64,000 bases of DNA from an uncultured Clostridia bacterium (GTDB lineage Bacteria; Bacillota_I; Bacilli_A; RF39; UBA660), in assembly GCA_947165135.1 (NCBI GenBank), contig CAMUZE010000005.1, forward strand, positions 4,101 through 68,100. Direction: 5' to 3'. A program made the translations under genes and the position numbers. Positions 45,153 to 55,580 of the stretch are shown here, in pieces; positions within the stretch are counted from its first letter, which is position 1, and every line of letters starts with the position of its first letter. Below the pieces are notes generated by a model. It worked only from the letters and a program-made list of their open reading frames with translations. It was not told the origin of the DNA and searched no databases.

Positions 45153-46189
45153 TTTCTTATTTCTCCAATTGAATCTATTTTAGTATTAACATTAATATTA
45201 GTATCAATGTTTTTAACTTCATATTTATTCTTACTATGTTTATATATATAAGATGTGATACCTATAAAATCATTATTATTTTCCTTGGATATATTTACAA
45301 GATCAATAATAGATTTTTTAATATATTCATTTGTTATCTTACTTAGTTTATCAATATCTTTTGGATAATTTAAATCATATTTACAATTATAACTATTTAT
45401 TTTTGTATTTAGTGAAATATCAAAATTAAATGTTTTATCTTTCCAATCATATTTTGTTTTTGAACTATTAACTGCTAGAGAAAAAATATCATTATCACAT
45501 GGAATTGTAACAACTGTTTTATTTAATTTATTAGTAATTATATTTAATAAAATACTATTATTATCATCTAAAAATATTTTTTTATTATTACTAAAAGTAA
45601 CCAAACCATTTAAGTAGATAACTTTTTTCTCATTGTTTTTTATTATTTGTATATTAGGATAAATTGGATCTATTCCATATTCAACTTTTTTGTATACTAA
45701 ATCTAAAAATGAAAGTGGAGTAGATGAGGAAAATACTTTATTATTAAATTCAATTAAGTCTTTTAAATAAAAAGAACTTCCTTCATCCTCATATATATTT
45801 AAAATATCTTTTTTATATTTGTCTTCTATATAATAAACATAGAAATTCATTTTGGATTTTGTATCTCTTAAAAAATAATCAATATAATTATCACTATTTT
45901 TAACGGCAGATTCGGTTAATATTAAAACTTTCATGTGTGAAGTAAATATATCCTTATTTGATAATTTTGATATTTCATAAATACATTCATCTGTAGAATA
46001 ACATGTTGTTGTATATACTTTTATTTTTGTTTTATCTTCATTTTCAACAACTTGACTGGTAATTTCATATTTATTATCTTTATAATCAATTAACATGCCA
46101 CTTATTATTACTAAATCATTTATTTCAACATAATCATAGCAGCCACTTAATAAAAGAATAAAGCTAAATACTATTAATACTTTTTTCAT
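45149..46189 (-). CDS. Spore germination lipoprotein, Ger(x)C family
   Basis: Lipobox LLLSGC, a size of ~346 aa, and its position next to the A and B subunits. Confidence 0.7.
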   Translation of the reverse strand: MKKVLIVFSFILLLSGCYDYVEINDLVIISGMLIDYKDNKYEITSQVVENEDKTKIKVYTTTCYSTDECIYEISKLSNKDIFTSHMKVLILTESAVKNSDNYIDYFLRDTKSKMNFYVYYIEDKYKKDILNIYEDEGSSFYLKDLIEFNNKVFSSSTPLSFLDLVYKKVEYGIDPIYPNIQIIKNNEKKVIYLNGLVTFSNNKKIFLDDNNSILLNIITNKLNKTVVTIPCDNDIFSLAVNSSKTKYDWKDKTFNFDISLNTKINSYNCKYDLNYPKDIDKLSKITNEYIKKSIIDLVNISKENNNDFIGITSYIYKHSKNKYEVKNIDTNINVNTKIDSIGEIRK

Positions 46190-46233
46190 ATATCACCTAA
46201 TATTATTGTTAACAAAATTTAGAAATATAATCA

Positions 46234-46258
46234 CAAAAAAAGCAAGCTTTGCTTGCTT
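46234..46258 (-). terminator. Rho-independent terminator (minus strand) inside the ger gene string
   Basis: On the minus strand, aagcaagc / gcttgctt with a 3-nt loop followed by T7. It overlaps the stop of 46257..46706. Confidence 0.6.
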
Positions 46259-46706
46259 ATAAAGTATATATTGTTTTATAAATAAAAGGAAAAATTGTAA
46301 TCATTAGTAATCCTATGAAATATAAAACAAAAGGTATTAATAATGAATAACTTTTATTTCTAAAATTATTATTTTTATTTCGAATAACAGATAGGGCTGT
46401 CGCTACAACAAAAAAAATTAAAGCGACTCCTAAATATATATATAAATTAATAGCATTATCATACATTAATGGGCTTTTAAATACTTTAGATAAAGATGAT
46501 ACAATCATTATTATCCATCCAGTCATACCATGTGAAAATAATATAAAAGTTTCGCCATCATTTCCAGCAAAAAATCCACATAAAAAGAAAAATAGTCCAA
46601 AGTAAAACAGCAATGGTATTGAACTTGATATAAAGTTTGTTAAACCTAGAAGTATCATGGCTAGAGTAATCATATAAAGCGTAATTTTTACTTTTTTTTC
46701 TTTCAT
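46257..46706 (-). CDS. Four-TM membrane protein (149 aa) inserted between ger A and C genes
   Basis: Four hydrophobic helices and no recognisable motif. Confidence 0.6.
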   Translation of the reverse strand: MKEKKVKITLYMITLAMILLGLTNFISSSIPLLFYFGLFFFLCGFFAGNDGETFILFSHGMTGWIIMIVSSLSKVFKSPLMYDNAINLYIYLGVALIFFVVATALSVIRNKNNNFRNKSYSLLIPFVLYFIGLLMITIFPFIYKTIYTL

Positions 46707-46743
46707 ATTCTTTATCTCTTATTTTTATGTAATTATATCATAT

Positions 46744-48129
46744 TTAAATATTTTTGTCAGTATTTTGATTTAATAATCCATGTTTGATAAGAGCATTTTT
46801 AGATTTAAATATACCAAAAGAAATTATATATGGTCTATTAAATGTTTTAACACTGCATAATTTAGTTAAGATAAATAAAAATCCAAATACTATTCCAATA
46901 AGTCCAAAAAAACAAGAGAGTAGCATTACTAGGTATCTATAAAGTCTAATTGAAGATTGAAAATCTTGATATGAAAAAAATATAGAACTTATCGCTGTGA
47001 TAGCGATAACTATAACCATAATTGGAGATACAATTCCTGCTGCTACAGCTGCATCACCAAGTACTAAAGCACCCAGTATTGAAAGAGATGTTCCTCTTGT
47101 GGTCGGGGTGAGTGCATCTGCCTCATATAATAATTCAAATGTTATCATCAGTAAGAATGCTTCAATTAATGCTGGAAAAGGTACGCCTGAGCGTTGAAGT
47201 GAAAAATTAATTAATAAATCTGTTGGTAACATTTGTTGATCATATGTAATTAATGATAAGTATATTGCTGGTGCAAATATTGTTATGAGTAAAGCCAAAA
47301 TTCTTATTAATTTAACAAAATATACATAGAATTTTTTTTGATAATTATCTTCATTATTATAAAAATAATCTATAAAGAAAGTCGGCACTATTAAAACATT
47401 ACTAGAGTTTTCAGAAATTATACATATTTTTCCTTCAGTTAAATTTTTAGCGACATTATCGGGTTTTTCTGTTGATTTGATTGTTGGAATAATAGTTTTA
47501 TTTTCTTGCTTTATTAATTCTTTTATATAATATGTGTCTAGTATTTTATCTGTTTTAATAATTTTTATTTTATCTATCACATCATTTAATAATTCTTTAT
47601 CAACTATGTCATTTAAATAAATAATTCCTATTTTTGTTTTAGTTTTATCACCAATAGTTAATTCATTAATATATAAATCTTCTGATTTAATTCTTCTTCT
47701 AATTAATCCAATATTCATATTATAATTTTCATTAAAAGAATCCTTTGGACCTTTAATTGTTGGTTCACTAGTTGGTTCACTGATTGCTCTATCTAACTGT
47801 GCTCTTGTCTCTATAGCAATTATTTCATCTTTATATATTATAATCGTAAAGCCATTAAATAAATATTCAAATACTTGTGATTCATTAATTTCTATAAAAC
47901 TAATAGATGGTATATAATTAATAATATCTTTTTTTAAGGATGAAACAATTTCATTTTTTAATAAACTTCTTTTCGCTAAATAATCTAAAATAAATTTATT
48001 TGATTGGCTTGAATCAGAAACAGTTTGAATATTTATAATATATAATTTATTTAAACCAAAAGAAATCTCCTTTAATTGAAGATCTGGCATATATTGTTTT
48101 CTTTCATTTAATATATCAATTATACTCAT
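46744..48129 (-). CDS. Spore germination protein, GerA (A-subunit) family
   Basis: Soluble N-domain plus a C-terminal membrane domain, with PFPALIEAFLLMITFELLYEA and GTSLSILGALVLGDAAV, typical of GerAA/GerKA. Confidence 0.8.
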   Translation of the reverse strand: MSIIDILNERKQYMPDLQLKEISFGLNKLYIINIQTVSDSSQSNKFILDYLAKRSLLKNEIVSSLKKDIINYIPSISFIEINESQVFEYLFNGFTIIIYKDEIIAIETRAQLDRAISEPTSEPTIKGPKDSFNENYNMNIGLIRRRIKSEDLYINELTIGDKTKTKIGIIYLNDIVDKELLNDVIDKIKIIKTDKILDTYYIKELIKQENKTIIPTIKSTEKPDNVAKNLTEGKICIISENSSNVLIVPTFFIDYFYNNEDNYQKKFYVYFVKLIRILALLITIFAPAIYLSLITYDQQMLPTDLLINFSLQRSGVPFPALIEAFLLMITFELLYEADALTPTTRGTSLSILGALVLGDAAVAAGIVSPIMVIVIAITAISSIFFSYQDFQSSIRLYRYLVMLLSCFFGLIGIVFGFLFILTKLCSVKTFNRPYIISFGIFKSKNALIKHGLLNQNTDKNI

Positions 48130-48202
48130 ATTTTTATTATTATCTTTTCTTGAACAAATATTCTTCAGATAGTATAATTATTATTATAATTGGAGTGGTA
48201 GT

Positions 48203-49342
48203 ATGGCATTTTTCGTATTTGTAATTTTTTTAATTTTTGTTATAATGACTTTTATATTGTATAAGTATATTTTAGATATTTATAAATCTTTTAAACCTAT
48301 TAAAAAGAAAAAAGTTAATATAATCTTATTTATTATTTCAGCTTTTCTTTTTATAGGATCTGTATTATTAATTTTCAATAGTAAAATAGGTGGAGTTTTA
48401 TCAATTTTTTTAATATATGTAATTATGATGTATTTCTTTATTTCTATAATCGATTTATTTTTAAAAAAGAATAAAATATGGAAGAAAGTATACTTATTTA
48501 TACCATTATTATTTAGTTTACTATTTACATCTTATGGACTTTATAATATGAAGAATATAGTTAAAACAGAATATACTGTTTATGGTGATAAATTAAATAA
48601 TGATTATAAAGCTATTTTATTATCAGATTTGCATTATGGAGTTAGTTTAAATGATAATGAATTAAAAAAATATTGTGATGAAATAAGTAAATTGAATCCT
48701 GATTTTGTTTTTCTTGGTGGAGACATTGTAGATGAAAGAACTAGCGGGGAAGAAATGAAAAGTGCCATTAATATATTGAGTTCTATTAATAGTAAATATG
48801 GTATTTATTATATTTATGGTAATCATGATAAAAACATGTATTCTAATAATAAAACATTTACTCCTGAAGAATTAGAAAGAACAATTAGGGATAACAATAT
48901 AATAATATTAGAAGAAGATAAAAAGTATATAAATGATGATGTTATATTAATTGGAAGAGGTTATGACGTTAGAAAAAATCTTGATGAAATAATTAGTGAT
49001 GAGGACAGTAGCTTTTATTCAATATTAATTGATCATGTGCCTTTAGAATACAAATCTAATAGAGAAAAAGGAATTAACTTGGAACTATCTGGTCATACAC
49101 ACAATGGTCAAATATTTCCGCTAGGATTAATGCAAAAGTTATATAATTTGATTGCAAGTGATGATGATAAAACAGATAGTGAAATAAATAATATACATAA
49201 TTTATCAGATTTGGTATATGGTATTTATCAAAAAGATGATTTTACAGCTATAGTTACTTCTGGAATAGGGGGATGGGCTATACCTATAAGAACTGAATCA
49301 AGAAGTGAATACGTAGTTATTAATATCAAAAGTAAAAAATAG
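48203..49342 (+). CDS. Membrane-anchored metallophosphoesterase
   Basis: Four N-terminal TMs followed by calcineurin-like motifs: SDLHYG, GGDIVD, GNHD and SGHTHNGQ. Confidence 0.75.
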   Translation: MAFFVFVIFLIFVIMTFILYKYILDIYKSFKPIKKKKVNIILFIISAFLFIGSVLLIFNSKIGGVLSIFLIYVIMMYFFISIIDLFLKKNKIWKKVYLFIPLLFSLLFTSYGLYNMKNIVKTEYTVYGDKLNNDYKAILLSDLHYGVSLNDNELKKYCDEISKLNPDFVFLGGDIVDERTSGEEMKSAINILSSINSKYGIYYIYGNHDKNMYSNNKTFTPEELERTIRDNNIIILEEDKKYINDDVILIGRGYDVRKNLDEIISDEDSSFYSILIDHVPLEYKSNREKGINLELSGHTHNGQIFPLGLMQKLYNLIASDDDKTDSEINNIHNLSDLVYGIYQKDDFTAIVTSGIGGWAIPIRTESRSEYVVINIKSKK

Positions 49343-49385
49343 TACATTATTAATTATTAAGCATATTTTATTATTAGGAGGATAT

Positions 49386-49952
49386 TTGCCTATGTTTAAT
49401 AATTATAAGGAAATTGTTACTAAAACAATTATTGGAAAAGGAAAAAAAACATTTAAAAATGAATATGAATTAGTAACAGATAATAAAGTTGATACTGTTT
49501 TGGGCTGCTGGGTTATCAATCATAAAATAAAGGGAGTTAAAGAAGGGGAATATATTAAAATTAATGGAAGCTATGATGTTAATATTTGGTATAGTTATGA
49601 TGATAATACTAAAACAAATGTGGCATCAAACAATATTAATTATGAAGAAAAAGTAAGAGTTAGAGTTAGAGATGAGAATACTGATAATGATGATGATCAA
49701 GTAATAATAAGAAGCTTAAAAAATCCAACATGCACAGATGTTTCAAGCGATGGTAATACAATAAAATATACTATTTCCAAAGAACTTGGAATTGAAATTG
49801 TTGGAGATACTAAGATTAGAATACCAATTTCAAATAATGAAGATGCATATGATTTAATTATAGATGAAAATGAAGTAAGTGATGAAATTGATAAATCTAT
49901 AAACCCTAATTACTTAGAAGAAAAAGAAAAAAATATTGTAAACAACGCATAA
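49386..49952 (+). CDS. cotE: Spore coat morphogenetic protein CotE
   Basis: YKEIVTKTIIGKGKK, GCWVINHK, DVNIWYSYDDNTKT, EIVGDTK, INPNYL and an acidic tail match my recollection of B. subtilis CotE. The start is either TTG at 49386 or ATG at 49392, after AGGAGG. Confidence 0.75.
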   Translation: MPMFNNYKEIVTKTIIGKGKKTFKNEYELVTDNKVDTVLGCWVINHKIKGVKEGEYIKINGSYDVNIWYSYDDNTKTNVASNNINYEEKVRVRVRDENTDNDDDQVIIRSLKNPTCTDVSSDGNTIKYTISKELGIEIVGDTKIRIPISNNEDAYDLIIDENEVSDEIDKSINPNYLEEKEKNIVNNA

Positions 49953-49983
49953 AAATTGTAAAATGTAATTAGGAGGAAACCTT

Positions 49984-50247
49984 ATGAAGTATTTGTATAT
50001 TGTCTTATTTGCAGCCATATTATTATTAGTTTTAAAATTTGTTTTCAATGTTTCATTAAAGACTATTGGAGAATTAATATTAAATATTGTAATTGGTATT
50101 ATAGTTTTATGGCTAGTAAATAAATTTGGTGGTGCTTTGGGAATTCCTAACATTCCAATTAATGTTATTACTGCTTTAGTTGTTGGAGTATTTGGATTAC
50201 CAGGCGTTATAGTGTTAATACTACTATTCTATTTCAAGATAGTTTAG
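49984..50247 (+). CDS. bofA: Pro-sigma-K processing inhibitor BofA
   Basis: 87-aa two-TM protein with VNKFGGALGIPNIPINVITALVVGVFGLPGV, the conserved BofA core. Confidence 0.75.
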   Translation: MKYLYIVLFAAILLLVLKFVFNVSLKTIGELILNIVIGIIVLWLVNKFGGALGIPNIPINVITALVVGVFGLPGVIVLILLFYFKIV

Positions 50248-50252
50248 AAAAG

Positions 50253-50278
50253 ACAACTTTACATAAAGTTGTTTTTTA
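50253..50278 (+). terminator. Rho-independent terminator after bofA
   Basis: Stem acaacttt / aaagttgt with a 4-nt loop and T6. Confidence 0.7.
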
Positions 50279-50295
50279 TTTATAATAAAATTTAA

Positions 50296-51192
50296 GTGAT
50301 TAATATGGATAAAAAAAGAAGAAGAGAAGAAGAAAAAATGTTTAATAAAGTACACCAAAATCATGACTTGAGCAGATTTGATGAGGCAATAAAAGTGTTG
50401 TGGAATAATAATGATTTTTTATATGGCCGAAGAGTTAAAAGTTTTGATTGGATAGTTGATACTTTAAAGTACATGGTTGAAAATAAGAGAAAAGAAAAAA
50501 TAGAAGAATATAGTTATGATTTTATACATTATAGTCATATGATATGCTATTTTTCATTAATAAAAAAAGCCATTGCTTTTATAAGAAGAAATATAGAAAA
50601 TGATGCATTACATAGATATGCATTTATACAAAGTTTATTTGATGTAAATGGATTTAGTGGTGGAGAAAAAAATGATGGAGCTTATAGGGATAATCTAATA
50701 GTAGCACCTGGAATTGACGTTGTTCTTGGAAATAGTTGCTGTAGACATAAGGCTGGTATGCTGAAAAGTATATTAGATGATTTTGATGATGCATTAACGG
50801 TATCCGTTGGTGATGATGAAAACGAAAGTTCTAATCATGAAATTGTTTCTGTAAATCGTGATGGAAAAATATTATTTTTGGATTCAACAATTCCCCATAT
50901 ATACATTCCAGTTGATGATTTACAAATATTGGATAGTAGGGGTGTTCATTATATTAAATCTGTTCCAGAATATATTATGAATGAAAATTTTAAAAAAATA
51001 GATGAGTATTATGAATATTTTAGAAATCTATATAATAATTCACATATGTCTTTTGAAAAATATTCAAAATTATATGATGAATTATTTAATCTTTATACAT
51101 TTTATATAAATAATAAAGAATTATTAGATGGATTTATGGAAGAAATAGATTATGAGCAAAATGAGATTAAACTTGCTCTTGGAAGGAAATAA
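50296..51192 (+). CDS. Hypothetical protein with transglutaminase-like / papain-fold Cys-His-Asp signature
   Basis: GNSCCRHKAGMLKSIL ... SNHEIVSV ... ILFLDST has the spacing of the transglutaminase-like core (G.C..fA ... H.w.ev ... lD.t). The start is uncertain (50296, 50305 or 50338). Confidence 0.4.
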   Translation: MINMDKKRRREEEKMFNKVHQNHDLSRFDEAIKVLWNNNDFLYGRRVKSFDWIVDTLKYMVENKRKEKIEEYSYDFIHYSHMICYFSLIKKAIAFIRRNIENDALHRYAFIQSLFDVNGFSGGEKNDGAYRDNLIVAPGIDVVLGNSCCRHKAGMLKSILDDFDDALTVSVGDDENESSNHEIVSVNRDGKILFLDSTIPHIYIPVDDLQILDSRGVHYIKSVPEYIMNENFKKIDEYYEYFRNLYNNSHMSFEKYSKLYDELFNLYTFYINNKELLDGFMEEIDYEQNEIKLALGRK

Positions 51193-51194
51193 TA

Positions 51195-51590
51195 ATGAAA
51201 GAAAAAGTAATTGAAGAATATAACAAAGACAATGGATTCATGAAACATAACGATTTTAAAATAATTGAATTAGATAATAATCATGCAAAATTAGAATATA
51301 AAATTAAAAAAAATGGTTTGAATCCAATTGGAATAGTACATGGAGGATTACTTTTTGGATTATGTGATACTGCTGCTGGAGTACTTGCAAGTATGAATGG
51401 TAAGTTCCCATTAACAATTAGTTGTAATGTAAATTATTTAAAGCCAGCAAAAGGTAAAAAAATATTTGCAATTGCTAAAAAATTAAAAGAAGGTAAAACA
51501 ATAGGATATTATAGTGTAGAATTATTTGATGATAATAACTCTCTAATCACATCAGCAACAATTAATATGTTTTATAGTGATATTAAGTAA
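51195..51590 (+). CDS. PaaI-family hotdog-fold thioesterase
   Basis: NPIGIVHGGLLFGLCDTAAG motif and a size of 131 aa. Confidence 0.7.
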   Translation: MKEKVIEEYNKDNGFMKHNDFKIIELDNNHAKLEYKIKKNGLNPIGIVHGGLLFGLCDTAAGVLASMNGKFPLTISCNVNYLKPAKGKKIFAIAKKLKEGKTIGYYSVELFDDNNSLITSATINMFYSDIK

Positions 51591-51657
51591 ATGTTGTTGG
51601 AACTAGTATAAAATGTTAAAATATCATTAGAATAAATTATTATAGAAAGGAGCAGTT

Positions 51658-53607
51658 ATGTTTAAGTTAGTAAGTAATTATACCCCTTCAGGTGATCAGC
51701 CAAAAGCAATAGATGAACTTGTCAAAGGTATAAACGAAGGAAAAAAAGATCAAGTATTACTAGGCGCTACTGGAACTGGTAAAACATTTACTATGGCAAA
51801 TGTTATAGCAAGAGTTAATAAACCAACTCTGGTTTTAGCACATAATAAAACTTTAGCAGGGCAATTGTATGCAGAATTTAAAGAATTATTTCCTGAAAAT
51901 AAAGTAGAATATTTTGTTTCATATTATGACTATTATCAACCAGAAGCATATGTTCCATCAAAAGATTTATATATAGAAAAAGATTCATCTATTAATGATG
52001 AAATAGATGAGCTTAGACATGCTGCTTGTTCTGCAATAATTAATAGAGATGATACAATAATAGTATCTAGTGTATCTTGTATATATAATATTGGTGAAAA
52101 AGATGAATACATTAATAAAATGCTTAATTTGAGTGTTGGAGATAATATTGACAGAGATATTATTTTAGAAAAATTAGTCGGAATGCAATATGAAAGAAAT
52201 GATATTGATTTTAAACGTGGAACTTTTAGAGTTAAAGGAGACACTATAGAATTAATTCCAATAGGTGAAAAGAAACAAGGTATTAGAGTAGAAATGTTTG
52301 GAGATGAAATAGATAAAATAAGTTTATTTGATCCATTAACTGGTAAAATAAATTCTAGTGTTAAAACTATTAGTATATTTCCAGCAAGTTTATTTGTAAC
52401 TAGTGATGAAAAATTACTAGAGGCTACAAAAAGAATAGAAAATGAATTAAAAGATAGATTAACTGAACTTCATAATGAAGGCAAACTTTTAGAAGAACAA
52501 AGACTAAAAGAAAGAACAATGTATGATTTAGAGATGATAAAAGAAACAGGGTTTTGTCATGGTATAGAAAACTATAGTAGACATTTATCTTTAAGAGATA
52601 AAGGCCAAACTCCTACAACATTAATAGATTTCTTTCCAAAAGATTTCTTACTTATCGTTGATGAGAGTCACGTTACTCTTCCACAAGTAAGAGGTATGTA
52701 TAATGGAGACCATATGAGAAAACAAACTCTTGTTGATTATGGTTTTCGTCTTCCCTCCGCAATGGATAATAGGCCATTAAAGTTTGATGAATTTAGAAGT
52801 AAACTAAATCAGACAATATATGTTTCAGCAACCCCTGGAGAGTATGAACTTTCATTAACTGATAAACCAGTTGAACAAATAATTAGACCAACTGGACTAT
52901 TAGATCCACTTATTGAAGTTAGAAGTACTAAGAATCAAATTGATAATATAATTGAAGAAATAAATAAGAGAATTGAGGCTAATGAAAGGGTGTTAATTAC
53001 TACATTAACAATACGTATGAGTGAAGAATTAACATCTTATTTAAAAGAACTTGGTTATAAAGTAACATATTTACATAATGAAATAAAAACACTAGAAAGA
53101 TTAAATATAATACGTAATCTAAGACTTGGAAAGATAGATATAATTGTTGGAATTAACCTACTTCGTGAAGGGCTTGATATTCCTGAAGTATCATTAATAT
53201 GCATAATGGATGCAGATAAACAAGGTTTTTTAAGGAGTGATAGGAGCCTAATTCAAACTATTGGTAGAGCAGCAAGAAATGCAAATGGTAAAGTAATAAT
53301 GTATGCAGATTATATTAGTGAGGCAATGAAGATTGCAATAGATGAAACTGAAAGACGTAGAAAAATACAAGAAGAATATAATAGGAAACATAATATTATT
53401 CCTAAAACAATAATTAAGAATATTTCTGATGCTATAACAAATGAAGTTGAAGAAGAAAAAATAGAAAAACAAAAATACTCTAAGAAAGAATTAAATAATA
53501 TGATTATTAGATTAGAAACCGAAATGAAAGAAGCCGCTTCAAAATTAGATTTTGAAAGGGCAACTGAGCTTAGAGATATAATATTTGAGTTAAAAGATTT
53601 AAAATGA
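51658..53607 (+). CDS. uvrB: Excinuclease ABC subunit B
   Basis: [30 protein letters not shown], helicase C motifs, and the C-terminal UVR motif FERATELRD. Confidence 0.95.
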   Translation: MFKLVSNYTPSGDQPKAIDELVKGINEGKKDQVLLGATGTGKTFTMANVIARVNKPTLVLAHNKTLAGQLYAEFKELFPENKVEYFVSYYDYYQPEAYVPSKDLYIEKDSSINDEIDELRHAACSAIINRDDTIIVSSVSCIYNIGEKDEYINKMLNLSVGDNIDRDIILEKLVGMQYERNDIDFKRGTFRVKGDTIELIPIGEKKQGIRVEMFGDEIDKISLFDPLTGKINSSVKTISIFPASLFVTSDEKLLEATKRIENELKDRLTELHNEGKLLEEQRLKERTMYDLEMIKETGFCHGIENYSRHLSLRDKGQTPTTLIDFFPKDFLLIVDESHVTLPQVRGMYNGDHMRKQTLVDYGFRLPSAMDNRPLKFDEFRSKLNQTIYVSATPGEYELSLTDKPVEQIIRPTGLLDPLIEVRSTKNQIDNIIEEINKRIEANERVLITTLTIRMSEELTSYLKELGYKVTYLHNEIKTLERLNIIRNLRLGKIDIIVGINLLREGLDIPEVSLICIMDADKQGFLRSDRSLIQTIGRAARNANGKVIMYADYISEAMKIAIDETERRRKIQEEYNRKHNIIPKTIIKNISDAITNEVEEEKIEKQKYSKKELNNMIIRLETEMKEAASKLDFERATELRDIIFELKDLK

Positions 53608-53861
53608 TATTTAAATCTTTTTTTAATTATGTTAAAATTGTTGTAGGGAAGTTGAATATGAAAAAAAGGGAAGATAAAGTTAATTATATACTTTTATGGG
53701 TATTTTTTTCACTTGGATATTTTTTTGGATTTTTATTAGTTCCAATATTTTTGTATCCAATTATTAAATATAATGAAAAATATTTAACAGATTCAATGAG
53801 AAGTGGAATGATATGCGGATTTATTGCATCTGTATTAATAATAATACTTTTATCTATATAA
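53604..53861 (+). CDS. Small two-TM membrane protein
   Basis: ATGA overlap with uvrB. An alternative start is at 53658 (MKKRED..). Two hydrophobic helices. Confidence 0.45.
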   Translation: MIFKSFFNYVKIVVGKLNMKKREDKVNYILLWVFFSLGYFFGFLLVPIFLYPIIKYNEKYLTDSMRSGMICGFIASVLIIILLSI

Positions 53862-53870
53862 CTTTTTACA

Positions 53871-53899
53871 TTGACAATATCCTTATAAAATCTTAAAAT
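53871..53899 (+). promoter_or_regulatory. Sigma-A-type promoter of rny
   Basis: -35 TTGACA (53871-53876), 17-nt spacer, -10 TAAAAT (53894-53899). An 8-bp leader hairpin agaagtaa/ttacttct follows. Confidence 0.55.
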
Positions 53900-53944
53900 A
53901 TTATTAGAAGTAATGTTTTACTTCTGGAAAGATGGAGGAGTCGT

Positions 53945-55498
53945 ATGAATAATTTAGCGTTCTCCATTTTGCTTGTAGTAGTTGGATTATTTGTGGGAGC
54001 AATTGCTGTTATAATAATTAATAAAATAAGAGGAAATGCTGCACAAAAAGAAGCTGATAAACTAATTCAAAATGCTAAAAGAGAAGCTGAAAAAGCTAAA
54101 AGAGATGGCATTTTAGAATTAAAAGAAGAAAGTTATAAGTTAAAAAATCAAACTGATGCTGAGATTAAAGAAAAGAAAAAAGAACTTAATGAACTTAGTG
54201 ACAGAATTGATAACAGAGAAAAAAGTTTAGACAAACGTGATGAATTATTAACTGAAAGAGAAAAAAATCTAGACCAAAAAGATAAAGATTTATTAGCAAA
54301 ACAAAAAGAAATTCAAGAAAAAGATGCAAAAATGGAGAGTATTATAAAAGAGCAAATAGCTCTTTTAGAAAAGATCTCTGGTTTTTCTAAGGAAAAAGCT
54401 AGAGAAATGGTACTTAAAAAAGTAGAAGAAGAGATGTCAAAAGAAATATCTGTCTACTTAAAGGAAAGAGAAGATGAAGCAAAACTAGAAGCTGATAGAA
54501 AAGCAAAAGATTTATTAGTTTCAAGTATGCAAAGGTATGCAAATGATGTTACTAGTGAACAAACAGTAACTACAGTAGAACTTCCTAATGATGAAATGAA
54601 AGGAAGAATTATTGGTAGAGAAGGTAGAAACATTAGAACACTTGAATCTGTTACAGGAGTAGATTTAATTATTGATGATACTCCTGAAGTAATTGTGTTA
54701 TCATCATTTGATCCATTAAGACGTGAAATTGCAAAAGTAACTTTGGAGACATTAATTAAAGATGGACGTATACATCCAGCAAGAATTGAAGAATTATATG
54801 ATAAGGTATGCGAAGATTATAAAAAATTAATTCGTGAAAAAGGTGAAGAAGCTTTATTTGAACTGGGTATTTCTAAAGTTGACCCAGAAATGGTAGAAAT
54901 GATTGGAAAACTTGCATTTAGAACAAGTTATGGCCAAAATGCTTTAAATCATAGTAAAGAAGTTGCTCATTTAGCAGGACTAATGGCTAGTGAACTTGGA
55001 GAAAATGTATCACTTGCAAAACGTGCTGGTTTATTACATGATATTGGAAAAGCAATAGATTTTGAAATGGAAGGTAGTCATGTTGAAATCGGAGCAGATT
55101 TAGCTAAGAAACACAATGAAGATAAAGTTGTTATTAATGCAATTGAATCTCACCATGGAGATAAGAAAGCAGAATATGTTATTTCAGAATTAGTTGCAAT
55201 AGCAGATGCACTTAGCGCTGCTAGACCAGGAGCTCGTAATGATTCATTAGAAAATTATGTAAAGAGACTTGAAGAACTTGAAGAAATTGGAAATTCAATG
55301 GAAGGCGTTGAAAAATCTTATGCAATGCAAGCAGGAAGAGAAGTAAGAGTAATTGTTAAACCTGATCAAATTGATGACTTAGCAAGTTATAAAGTTGCCC
55401 GTGAAATTAAAGATAAGATTGAAGAAACAATGCAATATCCTGGAACAATTAAAGTTGTTGTAATTCGTGAAACAAGAGCTGAAGAAGTTGCTAAATAG
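53945..55498 (+). CDS. rny: Ribonuclease Y
   Basis: N-terminal TM, a long Lys/Glu coiled coil, KH motif GRIIGREGRNIR, and HD domain LLHDIGKA..ESHHG. Confidence 0.95.
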   Translation: MNNLAFSILLVVVGLFVGAIAVIIINKIRGNAAQKEADKLIQNAKREAEKAKRDGILELKEESYKLKNQTDAEIKEKKKELNELSDRIDNREKSLDKRDELLTEREKNLDQKDKDLLAKQKEIQEKDAKMESIIKEQIALLEKISGFSKEKAREMVLKKVEEEMSKEISVYLKEREDEAKLEADRKAKDLLVSSMQRYANDVTSEQTVTTVELPNDEMKGRIIGREGRNIRTLESVTGVDLIIDDTPEVIVLSSFDPLRREIAKVTLETLIKDGRIHPARIEELYDKVCEDYKKLIREKGEEALFELGISKVDPEMVEMIGKLAFRTSYGQNALNHSKEVAHLAGLMASELGENVSLAKRAGLLHDIGKAIDFEMEGSHVEIGADLAKKHNEDKVVINAIESHHGDKKAEYVISELVAIADALSAARPGARNDSLENYVKRLEELEEIGNSMEGVEKSYAMQAGREVRVIVKPDQIDDLASYKVAREIKDKIEETMQYPGTIKVVVIRETRAEEVAK

Positions 55499-55510
55499 CA
55501 ACTTTTTTTA
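55486..55510 (+). terminator. Rho-independent terminator after rny
   Basis: Stem agttgc / gcaact with a 6-nt loop and T7. Confidence 0.6.
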
Positions 55511-55527
55511 TTTTTTAAAAAAAAGTA

Positions 55528-55556
55528 TTGACAAGTGTAAAAAATACACATATAAT
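55528..55556 (+). promoter_or_regulatory. Consensus sigma-A promoter with palindromic operator GTGTA-N5-TACAC in the spacer
   Basis: TTGACA (55528-55533), 17-nt spacer, TATAAT (55551-55556). The palindrome at 55535..55549 lies between the two boxes. Confidence 0.7.
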
Positions 55557-55580
55557 TAAATTACAAAGAAGGAGGAAAAT

